DNA of 64,000 bases, taken from positions 8,513 to 72,512 of the forward strand of contig DAOULS010000080.1 of the NCBI GenBank assembly GCA_034418415.1, read 5' to 3'. This stretch comes from Dehalococcoidales bacterium. GTDB taxonomy: Bacteria; Chloroflexota; Dehalococcoidia; Dehalococcoidales; RBG-16-60-22. Position numbers and translations under genes: made by a program. This document shows positions 9,935 through 19,222 of this stretch, piece by piece; the stretch's first letter is position 1, and each line of letters begins with the position of its first letter. The notes under the pieces were generated by a model. The model was not told the DNA's origin. It searched no databases and saw nothing but the letters and a program-made list of their open reading frames with translations.

Positions 9935-10020
9935 AGGCTCCCCCTGAAGCAACAATGAAGAATGGCGGAAAAGAGTAAGGATGCGAATGCGCGCGAAAGC
10001 AGGGACAAAGTGGTAAAAAA

Positions 10021-10060
10021 AGAGGTGAGATATTTAGTTCTCTCGCCTCTTTTGTTTTTG
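10021..10060 (+). terminator. Rho-independent terminator candidate
   Basis: AGAGGTGAGA (10021-10030) pairs with TCTCGCCTCT (10041-10050) as a 10-bp stem with one G-U pair. It is followed by TTTGTTTTTG. Confidence 0.55.
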
Positions 10061-10117
10061 TCTTTTCTATATTTATATCAAAAAGTGTCTTACGTTTCTA
10101 ATGTTAGGAGGTAAAGC

Positions 10118-13100
10118 ATGGAACCGAAAATAGGTGTGTATATCTGTGATTGCGGTTCGAACATTCTGGGCAAGGTGGATGTTCCCAAGGTCGTGGAGTA
10201 TATCCAGGGCCTGCCGACGGTGACCATCGCCCGCGAGTACAGGTTCATGTGTTCCGGTCCGGGACAGGACATGATTGAGCAGGACATCAAGGAGATGGGA
10301 CTCAACCGTGTGGTCGTTGCCTCGTGTTCACCGCAGATGCACGAACCGACCTTCCGCCGCCTGATGCAGCGGGCCGGACTTAATCCCTACCTGTTTGAAA
10401 TGGCGAACATCCGCGAGCACGCCTCCTGGGTGACCGATGACCCCGATGCTGCCACGGAAAAAGCCAAAGCCTTGGTAAGCGCTGCGGTCAGGAGGGTGTA
10501 TTACCAGGAACCTCTGGAAACGAGGGAAGTGCCGGTCAATCCCGATACCATAGTTGTCGGCGGCGGTGTCGCCGGAATCCAGGCGGCACTGGAAATCGCC
10601 GATTCCGGGCATAAGGTTTACCTGGTGGAAAGGGAGCCGAGCATCGGCGGGCACATGATTCAGCTGGACAAGACCTTCCCCACCCTCGACTGCTCCGCCT
10701 GTATCCTTACGCCGAAGATGACCCTGGCCGGTTCCCATCCGTTTATCGAGCTGATGACCTACAGCGAGGTGACCGAGGTCTCCGGCTTCATCGGCAACTT
10801 TACCGTGAAGATACGTAAGAAGCCAAGGTACATTGATGTCAATGAGTGCAACGGCTGTTCCGACTGCGAAAAGGTATGCCCGGTGACCGTGCCGTCCGAA
10901 TTCAATATGAAGCTGGACACGCGCAAAGCCGCCTACCGTCCCTTCCCGCAGGCCGTCCCCAGCGCCTACGTCATTGATAAGCAGGGGAAGTCGCCGTGCT
11001 CGTTTACCTGCCCCGCCGGCGTCAATGCTCACGGCTATGTAGCGCTAATCTCGGAAGGCAAGTTCAAGGAAGCTATCGAAGTCCTGCGGCGCACCATGCC
11101 TTTTGCCGGGGTCTGCGGGCGGGTCTGCACCCATCCCTGCGAAGCCGAGTGCGAGCGGGGCAAAGTTGACGAGCCCATAGCAATAAGGGCTCTAAAGCGG
11201 TTCATGGCCGACTATGAAATGAAGAACGGACGTGAGAAAGCCGCGCCCGCGGAAATAACCAAGAAGGAAAAAATCGCCGTCGTCGGCTCCGGTCCCGCCG
11301 GGCTCGCCTGCGCTTACGACCTGGTGAAAGCCGGCTATCCGGTGACGGTCTTCGAGGCTGCTGATAAGGCCGGTGGTATGCTGCGCTACGGGATACCGGA
11401 ATACCGCCTGCCCAAGAGCATCCTCGATAGCGAGATTGACTATGTTAAAGAGCTTGGCGTTGAGATAAAGACTAAAACTGCTGTTACCGATATTGACGAG
11501 CTCAAGAAGCAGGGCTACAAGGCGGTGTTCCTGGCTAACGGCGCCTGGGTAAGTCAGAAGATGAACATCCCCGGCGAAGATGCCAAGGGAGTGATGCACG
11601 CCATCGAGTTCCTGAAACAGGCAAGCGAGGGCAAGAAAGTCGAACTCGGCAGCAAGGTTGCCGTGGTCGGCGGCGGTAATGCGGCCGTCGATGCCGCCCG
11701 TACGGCGTTGCGCCTGGGCGCTAAAGAGGTCAGCATTATTTACCGCCGTTCCCGGGCGGAAATGCCGGCTATTGCCAGTGAAATCGATGAAATGGAAGAG
11801 GAAGGCGTGACGATACGCTATCTGACCAATCCCGTTGAGGTAATCGCCGCCGACGGCAAGCTGAAAAAAGTCAAGTGCATCAAGATGGAGCTGGGCGAGC
11901 CGGATGCCTCCGGACGCCGTCGTCCGGTGCCGATTGAAGGGTCGGAATTTGAGTTGGAAATCGATACCCTGATTATGGCTATCGGCCAGGCGGTCAATAA
12001 ATCGATGCTGCCCGGTAATGTCCAATATTCCAAGTCCGGCACCGTTAACGCCGATGAGATAACCTTCGAGACCAGTGTCAAGGGGGTGTTCGCGGGTGGC
12101 GATGTCGTGGCCGGCCCGGCTACGGTTATCGAGGCGATTGCCGCCGGCAAGGAAGCCGCCATCTCCATCGACAGATACATACAGGGCGCCGATATGAAAG
12201 AAGGGCGACCCGAGGAAAAAGAGCGCGTCAAGGACGTAAACAAGGAGGGCGTCGCCAAGCAGCCGAGGGCGACCATGTCCAAGCTGCCTGTGGGCGAAAG
12301 GACAAAGTCGTTTAAGGAAGTGGAGGCGGGACTCGACGAGAAAGCGGCTATCGAAGAAGCCAGCCGCTGCCTTAACTGCGCCGTCTGCTCTGAATGCTTG
12401 CTGTGTGTCTCCGCCTGCGAGCGAAACGCCGTGAGGCACGACATGAAAGAGGAAATCGTCGAGGTCAACGTCGGCAACATCGTGCTGGCGACGGGGTACA
12501 AGGAGTTCGACCCCTCCGTGATACAGAATTACGGCTACGGGCGACTGGATAATGTCATTACCGGTCTGGAGTTCGAGCGTATGGTCAACTCCGCCGGTCC
12601 CACCAGCGGCAAGATACTGCTGAAGAACGGCGAGGAGCCGAAGAGCGTCGCCATTGTCCACTGTGTGGGCAGCCGCGATATCAATTACCACGAATACTGC
12701 TCGTCGGTCTGCTGTATGTACTCGCTCAAGTTTTCACACCTGCTTAGAGAGCACCTGCCCGAGGCGGAAATCTATGAGTTTTACATCGATATCCGCGCGC
12801 CGCGTAAGGGCTTCGAAGAGTTTTATAACCGCATCCTGAGGGAAGGAACGATTCTCTACCGCGGCCGTCCCGGTGAAATCACCGACGTACCGGAAACACC
12901 TTATGAGGAGGGTAAACTAATCGTCAAGTTTGAGAATACCCTCATCGGTGAAAAGGAGCGCCTGCCGGTCGATATGGTGATTCTTAGCTCCGCCCTGGAG
13001 CCCCATGAAGACTCCCGCGAGGTCGCTCGGATATTCAATATCAGCTGCGGCGAAGGAGACTTCTTCATCGAGAGGCATCCCAAGCTCGACCCGGTGGCGA

Positions 13101-13462
13101 CGATGACGGAAGGCGTTTTCATCGCCGGCTGCTGTGAAAGTCCCAAGGACATACGGGACAGCGTCGCCCAGGCTTCGGCCGCGGCGGCCAGGGTACTCGC
13201 CCTCATCAGCAAAGGCAAGGTGGAAACCGAAGCTACCATCGCGGAAATCGATGAGGAGCAGTGCTCCGGGTGCCGGGTTTGCAACCTGCTCTGTCCCTAT
13301 GGAGCGATAACCTACGACGAAGAAAAGAAGGTATCAAAAATCAACGACGCCATCTGTAAGGGCTGTGGGGCTTGTGTAGCCGCCTGCCCGAGTTCGGCCA
13401 TCAAGCATAAGCACTACACCACGCAAGAAATAATGGCGCAAATCGAGGGAATTCTGGTCTAG
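10118..13462 (+). CDS. hdrA: Giant HdrA-like flavoprotein with an inserted GltD/NfnB-like NAD(P)H module (HdrL-type)
   Basis: HdrA N-terminal domain (IGVYICDCGSNI), FAD site (VVGGGVAGIQAALE) and HdrA core (VAIVHCVGSRD, GVFIAGCC). C-terminal 2x[4Fe-4S] motifs (CSGCRVCNLLCP, CKGCGACVAACP). Between them lies a glutamate-synthase-small-subunit-like block (CGRVCTHPCEAECERG, VVGSGPAGLACAYDL, VVGGGNAAVDAAR, GVFAGGDVV). Confidence 0.9.
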   Translation: MEPKIGVYICDCGSNILGKVDVPKVVEYIQGLPTVTIAREYRFMCSGPGQDMIEQDIKEMGLNRVVVASCSPQMHEPTFRRLMQRAGLNPYLFEMANIREHASWVTDDPDAATEKAKALVSAAVRRVYYQEPLETREVPVNPDTIVVGGGVAGIQAALEIADSGHKVYLVEREPSIGGHMIQLDKTFPTLDCSACILTPKMTLAGSHPFIELMTYSEVTEVSGFIGNFTVKIRKKPRYIDVNECNGCSDCEKVCPVTVPSEFNMKLDTRKAAYRPFPQAVPSAYVIDKQGKSPCSFTCPAGVNAHGYVALISEGKFKEAIEVLRRTMPFAGVCGRVCTHPCEAECERGKVDEPIAIRALKRFMADYEMKNGREKAAPAEITKKEKIAVVGSGPAGLACAYDLVKAGYPVTVFEAADKAGGMLRYGIPEYRLPKSILDSEIDYVKELGVEIKTKTAVTDIDELKKQGYKAVFLANGAWVSQKMNIPGEDAKGVMHAIEFLKQASEGKKVELGSKVAVVGGGNAAVDAARTALRLGAKEVSIIYRRSRAEMPAIASEIDEMEEEGVTIRYLTNPVEVIAADGKLKKVKCIKMELGEPDASGRRRPVPIEGSEFELEIDTLIMAIGQAVNKSMLPGNVQYSKSGTVNADEITFETSVKGVFAGGDVVAGPATVIEAIAAGKEAAISIDRYIQGADMKEGRPEEKERVKDVNKEGVAKQPRATMSKLPVGERTKSFKEVEAGLDEKAAIEEASRCLNCAVCSECLLCVSACERNAVRHDMKEEIVEVNVGNIVLATGYKEFDPSVIQNYGYGRLDNVITGLEFERMVNSAGPTSGKILLKNGEEPKSVAIVHCVGSRDINYHEYCSSVCCMYSLKFSHLLREHLPEAEIYEFYIDIRAPRKGFEEFYNRILREGTILYRGRPGEITDVPETPYEEGKLIVKFENTLIGEKERLPVDMVILSSALEPHEDSREVARIFNISCGEGDFFIERHPKLDPVATMTEGVFIAGCCESPKDIRDSVAQASAAAARVLALISKGKVETEATIAEIDEEQCSGCRVCNLLCPYGAITYDEEKKVSKINDAICKGCGACVAACPSSAIKHKHYTTQEIMAQIEGILV

Positions 13463-13494
13463 GTCCGGTGTAATAGACCTGGAAAGGGGAAAAT

Positions 13495-14073
13495 ATGGAA
13501 ACGGAAACCATCAAAGAAGCCAAGACATTCGTTGATGAAGTGGCCGCCGAGCCCGGCGGAGAAAAGATTAACGAATGTATCCAGTGCGGGGTATGCAGCG
13601 GCTCCTGCCCGACCGTAGAATGGTGGCAATACCCGCCGCGAAAAATCATCGCCATGATACGGGCCGGGAAGCGGGACATGGTGCTTTCCAGCACCTCCGC
13701 TTTTAACTGTGTCACCTGCTATTCCTGCACGGTACGCTGCCCCCGGAACATCAACCCCACCCAGCTGATTCATGCCGTCGAAGCCATCGCCGAGCGTGAG
13801 GGTTATAAGCCGAAAACCCCGACCCTGACGCTGCATCGGGGCTTACGTGACGCGATGAAGCAGGGGCGTGTCTGGGAATTAAGCCTGGCAATGCTTTTCT
13901 ACCTGAAAACCAGTTTGATAGAAGGGATGAAAATGCTGCCGGTAGCCTGGGACCTGATATCCCGCGGTCTGATGCCGATTTTACCGCCTAAACGGACCAG
14001 GAAAGGCGGCAAAGAGGTCACGGCTATCGTGAAGGCGGTCGAGGCAATGCAAAAGAGCGGAGGTGCCAAATGA
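13495..14073 (+). CDS. hdrC: Heterodisulfide reductase subunit C-like
   Basis: Two ferredoxin-type motifs, CIQCGVCSGSCP and CVTCYSCTVRCP. Typical size and position. Confidence 0.85.
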   Translation: METETIKEAKTFVDEVAAEPGGEKINECIQCGVCSGSCPTVEWWQYPPRKIIAMIRAGKRDMVLSSTSAFNCVTCYSCTVRCPRNINPTQLIHAVEAIAEREGYKPKTPTLTLHRGLRDAMKQGRVWELSLAMLFYLKTSLIEGMKMLPVAWDLISRGLMPILPPKRTRKGGKEVTAIVKAVEAMQKSGGAK

Positions 14074-14960
14074 AAGAATACACTTATTTCCCCGGCTGTG
14101 CCATGGCGAGCACCGGGAAGCCGATTCAGGCATCCATGGATGCGGTTTGTGAGGTGCTGGGTATAGAACTCAAGGAGCTCGATGACTGGACATGCTGCGG
14201 CTGCCCTGGTGAATCGATTAACGAGCTGGCGGCAGTCGCCATCGCCACACGCAATCTGGCACTGGCGGAAAAAAGCGGTCTCGATATGGTTACGGCTTGC
14301 AGCTGCTGCTACCGGAACCTGCTGGCCGCCCACGTGACCTATACCGAAGACCCCAGAATCAGGGAACAGGTCAAGAAAGCCCTGGCGGCAACCAACCTGG
14401 AATATAACGGCACTTTACGCGTCAGAAACTTGGTTGACGTATTCGTCAACGATATCGGTCTTGATGTGATTGCTTCAAAAGTCCAGAGGAAATTGACCGG
14501 CCTGAAGGTCGCCAGCTATTACGGCTGCCACCAGTCGCGCCCTTACGGTCCGGACGACCATGAATTCCCTGTCTGGCAGGACCAGATAGTCGAAGCCCTC
14601 GGCGCCGAAACGGTCTTCTTCCCCTTGAAGGCTCAATGCTGCGGAGGCACGCAGCTTTTCAGTAACAAAAAGATGATTTACAAGCTGCTCTATAAAATCC
14701 TCGATAACGTTGAAGAGCACGGCGGCGAGTGCATTTCCAGCACGCTGTGCCCGCTGTGTTTCACCAACCTGGACGCCAATCAGGGGCGGATTAATAACCG
14801 TGTGGGCAAGAAATTTGATATGCCGGTGCTGGCTTTGACGCAGCTCATGGGCATCGCTTTCGGCTTGAGTCCCAGCGAGCTCGGGTTTAACAAGAATATC
14901 TCCCCGGCCCTTAGAGCGGTTAAACCATATTTGAAGGTACCGGCACAGGAGGTATCGTAA
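14070..14960 (+). CDS. hdrB: Heterodisulfide reductase subunit B-like (two CCG domains)
   Basis: CCG-domain cysteines (WTCCGCPG..., CSCCY, QCCGG). ATGA overlap with hdrC. Confidence 0.88.
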   Translation: MKEYTYFPGCAMASTGKPIQASMDAVCEVLGIELKELDDWTCCGCPGESINELAAVAIATRNLALAEKSGLDMVTACSCCYRNLLAAHVTYTEDPRIREQVKKALAATNLEYNGTLRVRNLVDVFVNDIGLDVIASKVQRKLTGLKVASYYGCHQSRPYGPDDHEFPVWQDQIVEALGAETVFFPLKAQCCGGTQLFSNKKMIYKLLYKILDNVEEHGGECISSTLCPLCFTNLDANQGRINNRVGKKFDMPVLALTQLMGIAFGLSPSELGFNKNISPALRAVKPYLKVPAQEVS

Positions 14961-15391
14961 TGAGTTGGGAACCGAAGATTGTAGGATTTTTGTGTAACTG
15001 GTGCTCTTATCGCGGCGCCGACCTGGCGGGTACATCGCGGATGCATTTCGCGCCCAACGTGAAAGTAATCAGGGTGCCCTGCAGTACCAGGGTGGAACCG
15101 TCTTTCGTGGTAAAAGCCTTTCAGTCGGGTGCCGACGGCGTGCTTATCCTGGGTTGCCATCCGGGGGACTGCCATTATATTGAAGGAAATTACAAGACAA
15201 TGCGGCGCATGCCGCTGTTAAAGAAAATGCTCAAGCAATTCGGCATTGAACCTGAAAGAGTCCGCCTGGACTGGGTATCCGCTTCTGAAGGTGAGAAATA
15301 CGCCAATGTCGTCAATGAAATGACGGAGAAGGTCAGGGAACTCGGACCGTTCAGGTCGAATAACGGGGAGGGTCAACATGGCAAAAATTAA
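14960..15391 (+). CDS. mvhD: Methyl-viologen-reducing hydrogenase delta subunit MvhD
   Basis: [15 protein letters not shown] ... GCHPGDCHY family signature. Start overlaps the hdrB stop (TAATG). Confidence 0.9.
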   Translation: MSWEPKIVGFLCNWCSYRGADLAGTSRMHFAPNVKVIRVPCSTRVEPSFVVKAFQSGADGVLILGCHPGDCHYIEGNYKTMRRMPLLKKMLKQFGIEPERVRLDWVSASEGEKYANVVNEMTEKVRELGPFRSNNGEGQHGKN

Positions 15392-16337
15392 ACTGGCACT
15401 GTACTGGGCCTCCAGCTGCGGCGGTTGTGAAATCGCCCAGCTCCAGATAGGTGAAAAACTCTTGAAACTAATAGAGGTAGCCGATATCGTTTTCTGGCCG
15501 GTGGCTATCGACGTGAAGTATAAAGACGTGGAAGCCATGCCGGATAAAAGTATCGATGTCTGCCTGTTCAATGGCGCCATCCGCACCTCGGAGCAGGAGC
15601 ACATGGCAAAAATGCTGCGCGATAAGTCAAAAATAATGATTGCCTACGGCGCCTGCGCCACTTACGGAGGCATTCCGGGTCTGGGTAACCTGTATAACCG
15701 TGAGTTGATTTTCAACCGGGCTTATCTGGAAACGCAGTCCACGGATAATGAAAAGAAGGTGACTCCCCAGACCAGTATTGACGTACCGGAAGGGAAGCTC
15801 TCTCTCCCTGAATTTTTCGATACCGTGAGAAGTCTGCCGCAAACGGTGGACGTGGACTTCATCATCCCAGGCTGTCCGCCGGAAGAAAAGACCACCTGGC
15901 TTGCCCTGGAAGCGCTGATTCAAAACAAGCTGCCGCCCAAGGGCTCGATAATTTCTCATAACGTCAAAGCGGTGTGCGATGATTGCCCCCGCACCAAGAA
16001 CGAAAAGAAGGTCAAGAAATTCTACCGTCCGTTCCAGGTCGAGACGGACCCGGAGGTCTGTCTGCTGGAGCAGGGGGTACTCTGCGCCGGGGTAGCCACT
16101 GCCGGCGGCTGCGATGCCATGTGCCCGAAAGCCAACATGCCCTGCACCGGATGCTATGGTCCGGTTAAGGGAGTTACCGACCAGGGGGTGCATTTTTTGA
16201 GCGCGGTGGCGTCGATAATCGATTCCACCGACCCCGAAGAAATTAACAAGATAATCGAGGATATTGCTGACCCGGCCGGCACGTTTTACAGGTACTCGCT
16301 GCCGGAATCGCTGTTAAGGAGGGCCAAGATATCATGA
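15378..16337 (+). CDS. mvhG: [NiFe] hydrogenase small subunit, Mvh/F420-non-reducing type
   Basis: N-terminal SSCGGCE proximal-cluster motif and further Cys clusters ([12 protein letters not shown]). Overlaps the mvhD end. Confidence 0.88.
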   Translation: MAKIKLALYWASSCGGCEIAQLQIGEKLLKLIEVADIVFWPVAIDVKYKDVEAMPDKSIDVCLFNGAIRTSEQEHMAKMLRDKSKIMIAYGACATYGGIPGLGNLYNRELIFNRAYLETQSTDNEKKVTPQTSIDVPEGKLSLPEFFDTVRSLPQTVDVDFIIPGCPPEEKTTWLALEALIQNKLPPKGSIISHNVKAVCDDCPRTKNEKKVKKFYRPFQVETDPEVCLLEQGVLCAGVATAGGCDAMCPKANMPCTGCYGPVKGVTDQGVHFLSAVASIIDSTDPEEINKIIEDIADPAGTFYRYSLPESLLRRAKIS

Positions 16338-17797
16338 AGAAGATAACGATAGACCCGATAACCCGTCTCGAAGGCCACGGTAAGATAGAGATATTTCTGG
16401 ATGACAAGGGCGGGGTCGCTAATTCATATTTCCAGGTGCCGGAATTGAGAGGCTTTGAGAAGTTCGCCGAAGGTCGCAATTCCGACGATATGCCACAGAT
16501 TACCGAGAGGATATGCGGCGTCTGCCCGGAAGCGCACCACCTGGCTTCGACCAAAACACTTGATGCCCTCTACCACGTCGACCCGCCCCCGACAGCTAGA
16601 AAACTACGTGAAATTTTCTACGATGCCTTCTATGTAACCGACCATACCACGCATTTCTACATCCTGGGCGGCCCGGACTTTGTCATGGGGCCCGATGCCC
16701 CGGTAGCCGAGCGCAATATTATCGGCGTTATCGGCAAGGTGGGGCTGGAACTGGGTGGGGCTGTTATCAAAGCCCGCATGCGGAATCACCATGTCATCGA
16801 GTTGATTGGCGGCAGGGGTGTTCACCCTGTCTTCGGTCTGCCCGGCGGCGTCAGCAAAAGCATTAATGAAGAAGAAAGAAAAGAAATCGAGGAAATTGCC
16901 AAGGAGTCGATAGAGTTCGGCAAGCTGTCGCTGAAGGTCTTCGATGATATTGTTCTCAAGAACAAAGCCTATGTAGATATGATTGTCAGCGATGCTTATA
17001 CCCACAAGACCTACTATATGGGACTTGTGGATGAGAACAACAAAGCCAACTATTATGACGGCAAGGTCAGGGTAGTTGACCCCGAAGGCAAGGAATTTGC
17101 GAAGTTTGCTCCCGCCGAGTATCTCGACCATGTCGCCGAGCATGTTGAGCCGTGGTCCTATATCAAGTTCCCCTTCCTGAAGAAGGTGGGGTGGAAGGGA
17201 TTTGTGGATGGCAAGGACAGCGGTGTCTTCCGCGTAGCGCCGCTCGCCAGGCTCAACGCCGCCGACGGTATGTCGACCCCGCTGGCACAGGAACACTACG
17301 AGAAATTCTACGAGACCCTCGGCGGTAAGCCGGTACACCATACGCTGGCGATGCACTGGGCACGCCTTATCGAGCTGCTTAATGCCGCAGAACACATGCT
17401 GGAGCTGATTCGCGACCCTGACATTACCAGTCCTGAAATACGCACTATCCCCGATAAGACTCCCGATGAAGGCGTAGGAATCGTGGAGGCGCCCCGGGGT
17501 ACGCTTATCCACCACTATATCACCGATGAAAAGGGCGTGATTCAAAAGGCAAACCTGATTGTAGCTACGGTCAACAACGGCGCCGCCGTCAATATGTCGA
17601 TAGGTAAAGCGGCCAAGGCGGTTATCCAGCCCGGTAAGGAAATCACCGAGGGCATCCTCAACCGGGTAGAGATGGCCTGGCGTCCCTACGACCTCTGCCT
17701 TGCCTGCGCTTCGCATGATTTGAATGGCCCTTCACCGGTGCCGATTTACGTGTACGACAGCCAGAAAAATCTGGTGAAGAAACTGGGTGGAGATTAA
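16334..17797 (+). CDS. mvhA: [NiFe] hydrogenase large subunit, Mvh type
   Basis: N-terminal RICGVCPEAHH and C-terminal DLCLACASH Ni-binding motifs, with a C-terminal tail after the His. ATGA overlap with mvhG. Confidence 0.92.
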   Translation: MKKITIDPITRLEGHGKIEIFLDDKGGVANSYFQVPELRGFEKFAEGRNSDDMPQITERICGVCPEAHHLASTKTLDALYHVDPPPTARKLREIFYDAFYVTDHTTHFYILGGPDFVMGPDAPVAERNIIGVIGKVGLELGGAVIKARMRNHHVIELIGGRGVHPVFGLPGGVSKSINEEERKEIEEIAKESIEFGKLSLKVFDDIVLKNKAYVDMIVSDAYTHKTYYMGLVDENNKANYYDGKVRVVDPEGKEFAKFAPAEYLDHVAEHVEPWSYIKFPFLKKVGWKGFVDGKDSGVFRVAPLARLNAADGMSTPLAQEHYEKFYETLGGKPVHHTLAMHWARLIELLNAAEHMLELIRDPDITSPEIRTIPDKTPDEGVGIVEAPRGTLIHHYITDEKGVIQKANLIVATVNNGAAVNMSIGKAAKAVIQPGKEITEGILNRVEMAWRPYDLCLACASHDLNGPSPVPIYVYDSQKNLVKKLGGD

Positions 17798-17872
17798 GTC
17801 GCTTTAAAAAGTTTATTAGCAATCATTGATGGTATATAATAGAGAATCAATATAACCTGCTATGCGGTTTAA

Positions 17873-19075
17873 ATGGTTGCTAATATGTATAGTCGCTGGC
17901 TGAAAACGCTAAAGAGCCCGCATTTATGGGTGGTTGTAGTCCTGTTTGCGGTGGGTATTATCCTTCACTACCCGCAGCAGATACTCGCGACGGATTCAAC
18001 CTCTCTGTTTTCCTTCCTCGGTCTTAGCCGCCACGCCGTAGAGCGCATTTTCCTATTATTGCCGATTGGCTATGCCGGATTCTTTATCGGTACGCGGGCG
18101 GGACTGGTAAGCCTGGTATTGACCGCCGCCATCATGCTGCCGCGTGTCTTCGTGATATCGCAGTTTTTTGCCGACGCTTTGTTCGAGACTATCGGGGTAA
18201 TCGTCATCGGCGCTCTCGTGGTTCTATGGATTTACTACGATAGAAAAGGAAAGGAACAAAAACAGCAGATTCTCGCAAACCTCGAGGAATCCAACAGTAA
18301 GCTGGAGGCGATGTTAAAGGCTCTGGAAACGAACCACCGGCGGCTTAAGGAGACTCAGGCGCAGGTAATCCAGGCGGAGAAACTTACGTCGCTGGGGCAG
18401 CTGGCGGCATCCATCGCTCACGAAATCAATAATCCTCTATCCGGTACACTGGTTTACACCCAGCTGCTGGCCAGGAAGGTCGAGAGAGGCGAAGCCGATA
18501 ATGAAGTTACCCTCGACTACCTGACCAAAATGGAATCCGAGCTTGTCCGTAGTACTAAACTGGTACAGAACCTGCTCAATTTTGCCCTCCAGTCGACGCC
18601 GGAATATCAGCCGGTTAACATGAATACCGTTGTCAATCATGCCCTGGACCTGGTATCGCACTCGGTTGAGGAGCAGGAGATACGGGTCTTCAATGAGCTC
18701 GACCCCTCATTGCCGGAAATCATGGCCGACCCCGGTCAGCTTCAGCAGGTCTGTCTTAGTCTGATAATCAATGCCGTTCAGGCCATGCCCCAGGGAGGCA
18801 GACTGACCTTGCGTACCTATGTCAGCAATTCCAAAGTCAAGCTGGAGGTGCAGGATACCGGAACGGGAATTCCTCCGGAAAATATCGGCAAGCTCTTTAC
18901 TCCCTTTTTCAGCACCAAGGCGGACGTAAAGGGGGTCGGGCTGGGGCTGGCGGTAGCCTACGGCATTATCCACCGGCATAAGGGCAGGATAGAAGCCCAC
19001 AGCAAACTGGGGGAGGGCTCAACATTTACGGTTACGATGCCACTGTCAGAGGGGTCGCTTGAAAAAGACGGCTAA
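17873..19075 (+). CDS. Membrane sensor histidine kinase
   Basis: About four N-terminal TM helices, a coiled coil, H-box SIAHEINNPL, and N/G boxes (LIINAVQAM, DTGTGI, GVGLGL). Confidence 0.88.
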   Translation: MVANMYSRWLKTLKSPHLWVVVVLFAVGIILHYPQQILATDSTSLFSFLGLSRHAVERIFLLLPIGYAGFFIGTRAGLVSLVLTAAIMLPRVFVISQFFADALFETIGVIVIGALVVLWIYYDRKGKEQKQQILANLEESNSKLEAMLKALETNHRRLKETQAQVIQAEKLTSLGQLAASIAHEINNPLSGTLVYTQLLARKVERGEADNEVTLDYLTKMESELVRSTKLVQNLLNFALQSTPEYQPVNMNTVVNHALDLVSHSVEEQEIRVFNELDPSLPEIMADPGQLQQVCLSLIINAVQAMPQGGRLTLRTYVSNSKVKLEVQDTGTGIPPENIGKLFTPFFSTKADVKGVGLGLAVAYGIIHRHKGRIEAHSKLGEGSTFTVTMPLSEGSLEKDG

Positions 19076-19222
19076 TCATGTATGTTCCGGTCCCGCCTGT
19101 AATTTATAGTTGAATATCTGTTAAAATATAGGGTTGAATAAACGCTATTGATGGTTTCTGGATATGCAGCTTGATTAATCCGGTTATTAAACGATGGAGA
19201 TAGCCGTCGGGAGGTTGAAATT

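Noticed and set aside
11192-12691. 499-aa ORF on the minus strand, and others at 10328..11032 and 11818..12501, inside the hdrA region
   Set aside because: They lie entirely antisense to a CDS with dense, recognisable HdrA/GltD motifs. Their translations are low-complexity (Gly/Ala/Asp/His-rich), lack an RBS and match no family. Such ORFs are typical antisense artefacts of GC-rich codon position 3.
16604-17716. 370-aa minus-strand ORF antisense to mvhA
   Set aside because: Same reasoning. mvhA carries both Ni-binding signatures, while the antisense translation has no recognisable features.
10118-17797. Selenocysteine in HdrA, MvhD or MvhA, as occurs in some methanogens and deltaproteobacteria
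   Set aside because: All three ORFs are uninterrupted, and the relevant positions carry Cys codons (for example DLCLACASH in MvhA). There is no in-frame TGA.
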